Below, in pieces: positions 19,603 through 28,251 of a stretch of 64,000 bases of DNA; position 1 is the stretch's first letter; each line of letters opens with the position of its first letter. The DNA comes from an uncultured virus (IMG/VR IMGVR_UViG_3300029705_003489). Taxonomy: Duplodnaviria > Heunggongvirae > Uroviricota > Caudoviricetes. The position numbers were made by a program, and so were the translations under genes. The notes beneath the pieces are model-generated. The model saw nothing but the letters and a program-made list of their open reading frames with translations. It was not told the DNA's origin and ran no database searches. The stretch lies in IMG/VR virus record IMGVR_UViG_3300029705_003489; one strand, given 5' to 3'.

Positions 19603-19962
19603 ATGCCGATGAAACCACGAAAACCGTGCGGGCATCCAGGATGTCCTAACTTAACCTACAATTATTACTGTGAAGAACATGAAAAGCAACACCGAGGTGA
19701 CCGGGTTAGCAGTGGCAAGCGTGGTTACAACAGCAAGTGGCAGAAGCGTAAAAGCAGTTTTCTTTGTCGGCATCCATTGTGTTGTGCCTGCCTGCAACGT
19801 GATGTTTATACAAAAGCAACGGTTGTTGACCATATCATTCCACATCGTGGAGATGAACTCCTTTTTTGGGATGAAAGTAATTGGCAGCCGTTGTGTAAGC
19901 CTTGTCACGATAAAAAGACAGGAAATTATGACAGCAAACCAACCTATGATTATCGGTTTTGA
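19603..19962 (+). CDS. Packaging-associated HNH endonuclease
   Basis: RGYNSKW, HPLC, ATVVDHIIPHRGD...NWQPLCKPCHDKKT. Confidence 0.92.
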   Translation: MPMKPRKPCGHPGCPNLTYNYYCEEHEKQHRGDRVSSGKRGYNSKWQKRKSSFLCRHPLCCACLQRDVYTKATVVDHIIPHRGDELLFWDESNWQPLCKPCHDKKTGNYDSKPTYDYRF

Positions 19963-20060
19963 CCTCTTGGGGTGGGGGATATCGAATCTCTACAGCATTT
20001 AGGTGGCAAGACCGCCGCCCCCCTTTACGCGGATTTTCGCAAAATTGAAAGGGGGGTATC
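19963..20060. other. Putative cos region
   Basis: G/C-run-rich gap just after the HNH gene (ACCGCCGCCCCCCT at 20011-20024), the usual cos position in HNH/P27-terminase phages. Confidence 0.45.
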
Positions 20061-20149
20061 TGGCACTTTGTGAAAATCTATGCCGAAGGTACATTTTTAA
20101 TGGATTTTTCGGTGCTGCAGCTTTTGCGGATTTGTAAGGAGGAACGAAC

Positions 20150-20602
20150 ATGACAGAGGAACAGGGAATTCAGATAATTAAACTGCGACAGCAGGGACTT
20201 GGTTATAAGCAGATTGCTGCTATGGTTAATGTATCCCGTGACTCTGTCCGTAGTTATTGCAAGCGACGGGGACTCGGTGGCTACCAGTCAGCGGTTAAGA
20301 TAAATATGAAAGAGTTGAAACGTGGAGATGCCTGCAGTTTTTGCGGTGGCCCAATTAAGAAAGCAAAAACCGGAAGACCGAAGCGTTTTTGTTGTGATGA
20401 ATGCAGAATGAAATACTGGAAGGGACACCGGAGTGAAGTAAAGAAAAGTCCAAGTGCGATTTACATCCGGGAGTGTCCATATTGTAAAGAAACCTTTGAG
20501 GCTTATGGTAACAAGACACGGAAGTTCTGCTGCCATGACCATTATATAAAATTCCGCTTTTATAATGCGGATAGCATATGTGAAAGTGGAGGTACACCAT
20601 GA
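20150..20602 (+). CDS. HTH + Zn-finger protein (copy 1)
   Basis: GLGYKQIA HTH; CSFC, FCCDEC, CPYC, FCCHDH. Confidence 0.85.
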   Translation: MTEEQGIQIIKLRQQGLGYKQIAAMVNVSRDSVRSYCKRRGLGGYQSAVKINMKELKRGDACSFCGGPIKKAKTGRPKRFCCDECRMKYWKGHRSEVKKSPSAIYIRECPYCKETFEAYGNKTRKFCCHDHYIKFRFYNADSICESGGTP

Positions 20603-22371
20603 GCAATAATACAACTACAGAAAGAATGCTGACCCTCGGAAGCCTGTTTGATGGCTCCGGGGGTTTTCCTTTAGGTGGAGCGCTTGCAGGCATTACACCG
20701 ATATGGGCATCGGAGATTGAACCGTTCCCGGTAAGGGTAACCACGCTCAGGTTTCCAAGTATGAAACACTATGGTGATATTACTGCACTTAAAGGCAGTG
20801 AATTAGAACCCGTGGATATTATTACATTCGGAAGTCCATGTCAGGATATGTCGGTGGCAGGAAAACGGGACGGTTTGGGAGGCTCACGCTCCAATCTGTT
20901 TTTTGAAGCAATTCGTATCATAAAAGAAATGAGAGGTGCAACCAATGGAGAATATCCAAGATTTATCGTATGGGAAAACGTGCCGGGAGCATTCTCCTCA
21001 AACAAAGGAGATGACTTCCGAGCCGTCCTTGAAGAAATCTGTAAAATCAAAGAAGAACAGGTGTCAATTCCTAAATCTGAAAAATGGGAGTATGCAGGAA
21101 ATATCGTGGGCAATGGTTACTCCATCGCATGGAGACAACTCGATGCTCAATTTTGGGGAGTGCCCCAACGAAGAAAACGCATCTACCTTGTCGCAGATTT
21201 TGCAAGTGAACGTGCCGGAGAAATATTATTTGAGTCCGACGGCTTGTCTGGGTATTCTGCGGAGAGCTTCAAGTCGTGGCAAGCAGCTACCTCCTATGTT
21301 ACAGAGGGCACTGGAGAATCAGGCAAAGAGTGTTTAATGTTTGAAAACCACAGTCAGGACACTAGATACACGGGTCCGCTTGATGTGGCACAGACGGTAA
21401 GTTCCACTTACGGAACGGGAGGAAACAATCAGCCGTTTGTGGTGCAGACACCAAAGACCATGAAAATCCGGTGTGGCTGCGAGGGCGGTGGCAAGGGAGC
21501 ATTAGTGCAGGACGATTTGTCAGCTACCCTTGGATGTAATAATGACCAGACACTGTTTCAGCCGATGGCTTTTGGTATCTGCTCTAAGGATAGTAATGCC
21601 ATGAAGTCGGAAAATCCACACAGCGGATTTTATGAAGCAGAAACTTCCCGATGCTTGGATGCCAATGGAGGTAATCCTTCTTGTAATCAAGGTGGTATGG
21701 CAGTAGTGGCTTTACAAGGTTCCATGATAGGCAGACAGGACGGTAATGGTCCACAGGGGGATGGCATCAATGAAGAAGTATCCTTTACTTTAAACACCGT
21801 GGATAAGCACGCTGTTGTGTATGCGATTGACCGTGAGGCAATCAACTGCGGACAGAGATTTGAACGCACTCCGGGCATTACGGATGATGGGATTAATTCC
21901 ACGTTAAATGCACAGGGACCTGGAGCAGTGGCCGTTCCAACATATTCCTCCAGCAAGGCATCATTTTTTATGAGAGCAGAGGAGGAACTTGCAAATACGC
22001 TGGTGGCTACTGATTATAAGGACCCGCCTATTGTTAATGATGAAGCCGAGGAAGATTATATCGTAAGGCGGCTGACATCAACGGAATGTGCAAGACTGCA
22101 GGGATTTCCGGACTGGTGGTGCGCGGACCTTGGTATGGTAAATCCTACGGATGAGGATGTGGCTTACTGGAAAAATGTATTTGATGTTCATGCCAGAGCA
22201 ATCGGAAAGAATGTAAAAAGCAAAACGGATAATCAGATTCGTAAGTGGCTGATAAATCCACACTCTGATTCTGCGGAATATAAGATGTGGGGAAATGGTG
22301 TGGCACTTCCAAATGTATATTTTGTACTGTCCGGGATTGTGTATCTGGCAGAGTGTGCGAAAGGGGAATAG
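20599..22371 (+). CDS. Phage DNA (cytosine-5) methyltransferase with long multi-repeat variable region
   Basis: SLFDGSGG, GSPCQD, WENVPG, QRRKR, RRLT..ECARLQGFP, YKMWGNGV. Confidence 0.93.
   Translation: MSNNTTTERMLTLGSLFDGSGGFPLGGALAGITPIWASEIEPFPVRVTTLRFPSMKHYGDITALKGSELEPVDIITFGSPCQDMSVAGKRDGLGGSRSNLFFEAIRIIKEMRGATNGEYPRFIVWENVPGAFSSNKGDDFRAVLEEICKIKEEQVSIPKSEKWEYAGNIVGNGYSIAWRQLDAQFWGVPQRRKRIYLVADFASERAGEILFESDGLSGYSAESFKSWQAATSYVTEGTGESGKECLMFENHSQDTRYTGPLDVAQTVSSTYGTGGNNQPFVVQTPKTMKIRCGCEGGGKGALVQDDLSATLGCNNDQTLFQPMAFGICSKDSNAMKSENPHSGFYEAETSRCLDANGGNPSCNQGGMAVVALQGSMIGRQDGNGPQGDGINEEVSFTLNTVDKHAVVYAIDREAINCGQRFERTPGITDDGINSTLNAQGPGAVAVPTYSSSKASFFMRAEEELANTLVATDYKDPPIVNDEAEEDYIVRRLTSTECARLQGFPDWWCADLGMVNPTDEDVAYWKNVFDVHARAIGKNVKSKTDNQIRKWLINPHSDSAEYKMWGNGVALPNVYFVLSGIVYLAECAKGE
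20945..21337 (+). CDS. Nested alternative-frame polypeptide resembling the M.EcoHK31I beta subunit
   Basis: GAGAGGTG RBS 6 nt before ATG 20945; ECP..E..STLSQILQ..VP.KYYLSP.AC.GILRRA..RGK.LP..L. Confidence 0.75.
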   Translation: MENIQDLSYGKTCREHSPQTKEMTSEPSLKKSVKSKKNRCQFLNLKNGSMQEISWAMVTPSHGDNSMLNFGECPNEENASTLSQILQVNVPEKYYLSPTACLGILRRASSRGKQLPPMLQRALENQAKSV

Positions 22372-22373
22372 AT

Positions 22374-23609
22374 ATGGAGTTTAGGAAGATTCCGATAGCC
22401 GATTTGAAAGCGGCAGCATATAATCCGAGGAAGGCATTAAAGCCGGGAGATAAGGAATATGAAAAAATAAAAGCCAGTATCCAGGAGTTTGGTTACTGCG
22501 AACCTATTATTGTAAATGATGATATGACCATCATTGGTGGTCATCAGCGTGTGACGGTACTGCGAGACCTCGGATTTAATGAGATTGAGAGTATCGTCAT
22601 TTCTATTGATAAGACAAAGGAAAAAGCACTTAACATTGCCCTTAATAAAATTACGGGTGAGTGGAACAAGGAACTGCTGGCAGATTTGATTAAGGATTTG
22701 CAAGCCAGTGATTTTGATGTGGCTTTCACTGGTTTTGAACCACCGGAAATTGAACAGTTATTTAATGCGGTTCACGATAAGAAAATCAAAGAGGATGATT
22801 TTGATGTTGAGGCAGAACTTAAGAATCCAACCGTAGCCAAAGCGGGAGATGTCTGGCTTCTTGGTAACCACAGAGTTATCTGCGGCGATTCCACCCTTCC
22901 GGAAACGTATGAAATACTAATGGCAGGAAAGAAAGCCAACTTGGTACTGACAGACCCGCCATATAACGTGGATGTGGAGGAAACGGCCGGCAAGATTAAA
23001 AATGACAACATGGATAACGAATCCTTCTATAAGTTTTTGTTTGCAGCATTCGTTAATATGGAGCAGTCCATGGAAAATGATGCTTCCATCTATGTGTTCC
23101 ATGCAGATACCCAAGGATACAATTTCCGTAAGGCATTTCAGGATGCCGGATTTTATCTTTCCGGCTGCTGTATCTGGAAAAAGAATGCACTGGTGCTTGG
23201 AAGAAGTCCGTACCAGTGGCAGCACGAACCGTGCCTCTTTGGGTGGAAGGTCGGAGGAAAGCATCAGTGGTATTCGGACAGAAAGCAGACTACCATTTGG
23301 GAGTATGACCGTCCGAAGTCCAGTAAGGATCATCCAACGATGAAGCCGATAGCACTCATGGCTTATCCGATACAGAATTCTTCCATGAGCAACTGCATTG
23401 TACTGGACCCATTCCTTGGTTCAGGTTCTACATTGGTTGCCTGTGAGCAGACGAACCGTATCTGTTATGGTATCGAACTGGATGAGAAATTTGTGGATGT
23501 AATTGTCCGCCGCTATATTGAACAGGCGGGAGAAGACAAGGTTTCCGTTATCCGTGGTGGAGAAACCATACCATATAAGGATGTGGAAAAGCCGGAAGTG
23601 GCTGCATAA
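22374..23609 (+). CDS. ParB-N domain + N6-adenine/N4-cytosine DNA methyltransferase
   Basis: YNPR, IIGGHQR ParB; TDPPY, HPTMKP, LDPFLGSGST. Confidence 0.92.
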   Translation: MEFRKIPIADLKAAAYNPRKALKPGDKEYEKIKASIQEFGYCEPIIVNDDMTIIGGHQRVTVLRDLGFNEIESIVISIDKTKEKALNIALNKITGEWNKELLADLIKDLQASDFDVAFTGFEPPEIEQLFNAVHDKKIKEDDFDVEAELKNPTVAKAGDVWLLGNHRVICGDSTLPETYEILMAGKKANLVLTDPPYNVDVEETAGKIKNDNMDNESFYKFLFAAFVNMEQSMENDASIYVFHADTQGYNFRKAFQDAGFYLSGCCIWKKNALVLGRSPYQWQHEPCLFGWKVGGKHQWYSDRKQTTIWEYDRPKSSKDHPTMKPIALMAYPIQNSSMSNCIVLDPFLGSGSTLVACEQTNRICYGIELDEKFVDVIVRRYIEQAGEDKVSVIRGGETIPYKDVEKPEVAA

Positions 23610-23662
23610 TTTATTGTGTACATTCCACAGTTTCTGTGCCTCATCTTTGGTAGATAATGTAC

Positions 23663-23713
23663 TTGCTTTATATTGGGTTTAGAGCGAATATGTCACTACC
23701 AAAGAAAAGGAGG
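23663..23713 (+). promoter_or_regulatory. Repeated promoter cassette, copy 1
   Basis: TTGCTT-17-GAATAT within TTTAGAGCGAATATGT; AGGAGG RBS. Confidence 0.7.
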
Positions 23714-23721
23714 CGCAGAAT

Positions 23722-24513
23722 ATGATTATTCGCAGCATGATGGCAGACAGAAAACTGCTGGTTAAGGAACTTGAAAAACGATTGGGTGTACATTCCGAGT
23801 ATAAGGGAGCCCCGGCATTTACTTACAAGGTTGGGGATTACACCATTCGCCGGGACGGACACATTGAGGTTGAGGATGAAAAAGTGAATGTAGAACTTTT
23901 AAGGGCATTGAATCAAGATGGATTTGTGGATTCTTCTTGGGATACGGATAGGGAACGGATTGTGATTACCCTTCCTTATGACGGACATACGGGAGCAACG
24001 CTTACAAATCTGGTTCACATGATTGCCGGAAGGAGCAGGCTGATAAACAAGAGCATCTGCTGCGGAAACGCATTCTATATTGAGGACAGATTCTTGGAGG
24101 CACTACGGGAGAAAGAACCGGAAACGGTGGAGGATTTCCTAAGACTGGTGGAAGAGACGGAAGCCAATTATGCAAATTTGGGATTGACCTTTGAAGCAAA
24201 CGGCATTGCATTTTCCGGATTCCCGGCATTGGAGAATACGGAAAAAATAAAAGCATTCATGGATTTGGCAAGCCTTATGAATAAAATGAGCATGACTCAA
24301 AAGAGGGTGCAGGCAACAACGGTGGAAACGGACAATGAAAAGTACGCTTTCCGCGTTTGGCTGATAAGGCTTGGAATGAATGGGGTGGAATACAAAACTA
24401 CAAGAAAACTGCTGCTAGAGCATTTGAGTGGAAATTCTGCATTCCGGACGGAAGAACAGGCAGAAACCTTCAGAGAAAACCATAGAGTAAAGAGACCGGA
24501 GGTGGAAGCGTAA
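23722..24513 (+). CDS. Conserved phage protein sharing the amidoligase C-terminal motif
   Basis: NEKYAFRVWLIRLGM.G.EYK..R also seen as NPKYAMRTWLLRLGFIG.EFK..R in the 25047 ORF. Confidence 0.75.
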   Translation: MIIRSMMADRKLLVKELEKRLGVHSEYKGAPAFTYKVGDYTIRRDGHIEVEDEKVNVELLRALNQDGFVDSSWDTDRERIVITLPYDGHTGATLTNLVHMIAGRSRLINKSICCGNAFYIEDRFLEALREKEPETVEDFLRLVEETEANYANLGLTFEANGIAFSGFPALENTEKIKAFMDLASLMNKMSMTQKRVQATTVETDNEKYAFRVWLIRLGMNGVEYKTTRKLLLEHLSGNSAFRTEEQAETFRENHRVKRPEVEA

Positions 24514-24902
24514 TGTTTGGAGTGAGCAGAGAAATCGTGGAAAAATTAAGGAAAGACTATCCGGCAGGCTGCCGGGTAGAACTTCTCCATATGGATGACC
24601 CGTATACAACAATGGTTCCGGGGGAAAGGGGAACGGTACGGTGCGTGGATGACACAGGTACCATTCATGTCAATTGGGACTGCGGTTCTTCCTTGGGAAT
24701 TGTTTACGGAGAGGATTCCTGCAGACGGATTGAAGAAATTTCAATTACCTGTTATGGGCAGACCGAGGTCTGGACTTCAAGGGAAAAAGCAAAAGCATTT
24801 TACCTTAAAGCAATGGCCGGCTCAGAGGGAAGTGAGCATGAGCGGTATTCCAATATTTATATGCAGCTCTGCCTTGGACTTTGTGTGTGCGGTGACGAAT
24901 AA
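24513..24902 (+). CDS. DUF4314 protein with C-terminal extension
   Basis: YPAGCRVELLHMDDPY...GTV..VDD.GTIHVNWD.GSSLG. Confidence 0.85.
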   Translation: MFGVSREIVEKLRKDYPAGCRVELLHMDDPYTTMVPGERGTVRCVDDTGTIHVNWDCGSSLGIVYGEDSCRRIEEISITCYGQTEVWTSREKAKAFYLKAMAGSEGSEHERYSNIYMQLCLGLCVCGDE

Positions 24903-24937
24903 AAAATATTTTTTAGACCATGAGAGACGTCATAATA

Positions 24938-25040
24938 TACACAAATTTCCGTGTGTATATTTGTGTACTAATGGTATTGATAATATCTGCCTTTAGAGCG
25001 AATATGTGTGTACCGAAAGGGAAAACACATTAACGGAGGA
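24938..25040 (+). promoter_or_regulatory. Repeated promoter cassette, copy 2, with upstream inverted repeat
   Basis: TACACAAAT-12-ATTTGTGTA; TTGATA-17-GAATAT; TACCGAAAGGGAAAACA; GGAGG. Confidence 0.75.
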
Positions 25041-25046
25041 GCGACC

Positions 25047-25994
25047 ATGAACGAAAAAATGGCAAAGCAGATTGAGGAAATGAAGAAGCAGACCATCGGA
25101 GTTGAGGTGGAAATGAACAGCATCAGAAGGGATAAGGCAGCAAGGCTTGCCGCTGAATTCTTTGGCACCGGACGGTACGAGAATACCGAAGGCAGAAACG
25201 GCTACTACACCTGGTCAGCATGGGATGAGCAGAACAGGGAATGGAAATTCCAAAGGGATATCAGCATTGCGGGACCGGACATTGAAAAATGCGAAATGGT
25301 AACACCGATTCTTACCTACGCAGACATTGAGAAACTGCAGGAACTGATAAGGATTTTACGAAAAAACGGAGCCAAGAGCGACCCAACTAGAGGATGCGGG
25401 GTTCACATTCACATCGGAGCCAAGGGACATACAGCGCAGAGCCTGAGAAACCTTGCAAACATTATGGCAAGCCACGAACGGCTTTTGGCGGATGCCTTAA
25501 ACCTTGACCGGGGAAGAATGAGCCAGTATTGCAAAATGGTTGACCCACGATTTTTGGAGGAGGTCAACAAAAAGAAACCGAATTCCTTGTCAGCCTTGGC
25601 AGACATTTGGTACAATAGCCATAACGCAAGCATAGGAAGAAACCACCATTACAACGATAGCCGCTACCACATGCTGAACCTGCATGCAACTTTTACCAAA
25701 GGAACGGTGGAATTTAGACTTTTCCAGTTTGAAGCACCGTCGGGAGGAAAGCAGAACGGACTTCATGCAGGGCAGTTAAAAGCCTACATTCAGCTTTGCC
25801 TCGCACTTAGCCAACTGGCAAAGGAAGTACGGTCAGCAAGCGCAAAACCACAGCAGAATGAAAATCCAAAATACGCAATGAGAACTTGGCTCCTCCGGCT
25901 TGGATTCATCGGGGATGAATTCAAAACGGCAAGGGAACTTTATACCAAGCGACTTGCTGGGGATACGGCTTTCAGAAACGGGCGCGTGGCTTGA
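25047..25994 (+). CDS. Amidoligase_2 (COOH-NH2 ligase type 2)
   Basis: IGVEVE, DISI, CEMVTPIL, CGVHIH, RYHMLN, GTVEFR. Confidence 0.9.
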   Translation: MNEKMAKQIEEMKKQTIGVEVEMNSIRRDKAARLAAEFFGTGRYENTEGRNGYYTWSAWDEQNREWKFQRDISIAGPDIEKCEMVTPILTYADIEKLQELIRILRKNGAKSDPTRGCGVHIHIGAKGHTAQSLRNLANIMASHERLLADALNLDRGRMSQYCKMVDPRFLEEVNKKKPNSLSALADIWYNSHNASIGRNHHYNDSRYHMLNLHATFTKGTVEFRLFQFEAPSGGKQNGLHAGQLKAYIQLCLALSQLAKEVRSASAKPQQNENPKYAMRTWLLRLGFIGDEFKTARELYTKRLAGDTAFRNGRVA

Positions 25995-26078
25995 AGGGAA
26001 TAGCCACAGGCCTGCCTTGGACCGCTTAGGCGGTCTTAAGGTGGTAGGAGGGTAGACTCCGGAAAGGATGGAAAATAT

Positions 26079-26543
26079 ATGAAACGATATTATTTAGCGT
26101 ATGGCAGTAACTTGAATGTGGAGCAGATGCAATTTCGCTGCCCAACGGCAAGGGTAATCGGTACTGCGGTAATCGAGGATTACGAACTTTTATTCAAAGG
26201 CAGTAAGTCCGGTTCATACCTTACCATCGAGCCGAAGGCGGGTGCAATGGTTCCGGTTGGAGTTTGGGAAGTAACAGAACGGGATGAGGCAGCACTTGAC
26301 CGATACGAAGGATATCCAAGCTTTTATTACAAGAAAGACCTTAAGATAAAGGTAACGGGAATCAAGACCGGACGGGAAAGCATAAAGGATACATTTGTGT
26401 ATATCATGCATGAGGATAGAGAATTTGGAATACCAACGCAAAGTTATGTGGAAACCTGCGTGGCAGGATATAAAGCCTTTGGATTTGATGAGGAATTTCT
26501 TATGGAAGCTCTGAAAAAGAGCAAGGAGGCACTTGCAAAATGA
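26079..26543 (+). CDS. Gamma-glutamylcyclotransferase (GGCT/AIG2-like)
   Basis: YLAYGSNLN..QM..RCP, LDRYEGYP. Confidence 0.92.
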   Translation: MKRYYLAYGSNLNVEQMQFRCPTARVIGTAVIEDYELLFKGSKSGSYLTIEPKAGAMVPVGVWEVTERDEAALDRYEGYPSFYYKKDLKIKVTGIKTGRESIKDTFVYIMHEDREFGIPTQSYVETCVAGYKAFGFDEEFLMEALKKSKEALAK

Positions 26544-26746
26544 AAGAAGGAATTGTAAGAATTAAACGTTGCCCTTTGTGTGGGAGCGCATATCATGGGG
26601 TGCCCGCTTTATCGAGGAAGGACAATAAAACGCAAATCTGCCCGGATTGTGGCACGAGGGAGGCTCTTGAGAGCCTTGGAGTAAGCCGGGAAGAGCAGGA
26701 TTCTATATTAAAGAGCATTCATAGATGCGCTGCACGGGCCGTATAA
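26540..26746 (+). CDS. Small Zn-finger protein
   Basis: CPLCG...PALSR.DN...ICPDCG. Confidence 0.8.
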   Translation: MKEGIVRIKRCPLCGSAYHGVPALSRKDNKTQICPDCGTREALESLGVSREEQDSILKSIHRCAARAV

Positions 26747-26748
26747 AA

Positions 26749-26860
26749 TACACAATAATCTGCTTCAATCTTTGGTACATTTATGAATCGAAATAACTTG
26801 ATATAATGTGCGTTTAGAGCGAATATGTACATACCGAAAGGGAAAACAAAAAACGGAGGT
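26749..26860 (+). promoter_or_regulatory. Repeated promoter cassette, copy 3
   Basis: TTGATA(26798)-17-GAATAT; 38 bp identical to copy 4. Confidence 0.75.
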
Positions 26861-26867
26861 ACATACC

Positions 26868-27230
26868 ATGAAGAAGATTGAATTGATTGAAGAAGCCATC
26901 AGAGAGCAGGGCAGAAGCCTTAAGGAGTTGGGAATTAATCGAACCCTTTACTGGGCTTACCTTTACAGCAAGGAAGCTGAAAACGAACTCATTGACTTTG
27001 GCGAGGTTGTTTGGGATTACGACATTCCGGAGCTTGCAGCGTTTTTCAAGGAACAGGGGATTGACGAATTTACAATCAGCAGCTCCTTTTCCGGACTTCT
27101 TGAAACCTTGGCAGGCTTTGAAAAAGAAGGATTTAAGGTAGCAGCCATGACAACGGTAAGGGCAAGATACACGAATTACCTTACCGGAGAAAAAGCCATC
27201 ATTCCGGCAATCAAACTGGTAAGAAACTAG
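26868..27230 (+). CDS. Hypothetical phage protein
   Basis: GGAGG RBS, own promoter and hairpin; GIDEFTISSSFSGL. Confidence 0.75.
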   Translation: MKKIELIEEAIREQGRSLKELGINRTLYWAYLYSKEAENELIDFGEVVWDYDIPELAAFFKEQGIDEFTISSSFSGLLETLAGFEKEGFKVAAMTTVRARYTNYLTGEKAIIPAIKLVRN

Positions 27231-27280
27231 AAAACAACCCGGAAGGGAAAGGGGCGGCAGCCCTTTTTCTCGTAGTAAAT

Positions 27281-27395
27281 TGCACAAATTTCTTCCGTTA
27301 TTTTTGGTACATTTATGCTCAGATATTACTTGCTATTATGTGCATTTAGAGCGAATATGTACATACCGAAAGGGAAAACAAAGAAAAACGGAGGA
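27281..27395 (+). promoter_or_regulatory. Repeated promoter cassette, copy 4
   Basis: TTGCTA(27330)-17-GAATAT; TTTAGAGCGAATATGTACATACCGAAAGGGAAAACAAA. Confidence 0.75.
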
Positions 27396-27402
27396 ACATA
27401 CC

Positions 27403-27666
27403 ATGATTGAATTTACTACGAGGGAGCATTTAGAAGAAGATTTAAGCGGATGCTTAAATGCAGCGGTTTTAAACTACGGAGACTACGTTATCACGGTTTT
27501 GGAACACTGCTTTGAAGGAATTAAGGTAGCCATTTACGAAATGGTGGAAAGCCCGGAAGAAACCGGACTTGGACGGTGCGAATGCCGCCTTATGAAGATT
27601 GAGGAAAAAAGCGGATTTAAGGATACCGGACACGGAGTCGCTTGGGCATTTGCTAAATTGCAGTAA
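27403..27666 (+). CDS. Hypothetical phage protein
   Basis: GGAGG RBS, own promoter, followed by two hairpins. Confidence 0.7.
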   Translation: MIEFTTREHLEEDLSGCLNAAVLNYGDYVITVLEHCFEGIKVAIYEMVESPEETGLGRCECRLMKIEEKSGFKDTGHGVAWAFAKLQ

Positions 27667-27774
27667 GCGATATAACAGAAAATAATAGGAAACGGAGCCA
27701 AGAGGCTCTTTTCCTCGTATATGACGATGATACAGACCGAAAGGTCTTTTTTTATACAGAAAGGGGAGAAAACA

Positions 27775-28251
27775 ATGGCGCAGAAGGGAAGAAAACCAAA
27801 GCCAACAGCAATAAAGGTACTTGAAGGCAATCCCGGAAAGCGGCCTTTAAATAAAAGGGAACCAGTGCCGGAGAAGAAGGCTCCTGCCTGCCCTGAGTGG
27901 CTCACGGGGGAAGCAAAGGCAGAATGGGAGCGGTTGGCCGATAAGATGGTCAACCTTGGAACACTGACAGAAATGGATATGGCTGCTTTTGCAGGCTATT
28001 GCCAGTCCTACGCACGATGGAAGGAAGCAGAAGAATTTATAGAGCAGCATGGTACGATTGTAAAAACTCCGAGTGGATATTGGCAGCAGGTTCCACAGGT
28101 ATCCATTGCACAGACAAACTTAAAAACAATGCTTAAATTTTGTAGTGAGTTTGGGTTGACTCCATCCTCCCGAAGCAGGATGATTGCCGGAGAAGCAGTG
28201 GAGGCAGAAGTGGATGAGTTGGAACTTTTGCTTATGACCGGAGGTAAGTAA
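27775..28251 (+). CDS. terS: Terminase small subunit, P27 family
   Basis: GRKPKPT.IK.LEGNPGKR; FGLTPSSRSR. Confidence 0.92.
   Translation: MAQKGRKPKPTAIKVLEGNPGKRPLNKREPVPEKKAPACPEWLTGEAKAEWERLADKMVNLGTLTEMDMAAFAGYCQSYARWKEAEEFIEQHGTIVKTPSGYWQQVPQVSIAQTNLKTMLKFCSEFGLTPSSRSRMIAGEAVEAEVDELELLLMTGGK

Noticed and set aside
23663..27395. Repeats considered as a CRISPR array or attC-like cassette sites
   Set aside because: Copies are 0.5-1.8 kb apart, each has promoter and RBS geometry, and there is no cas operon or integron integrase
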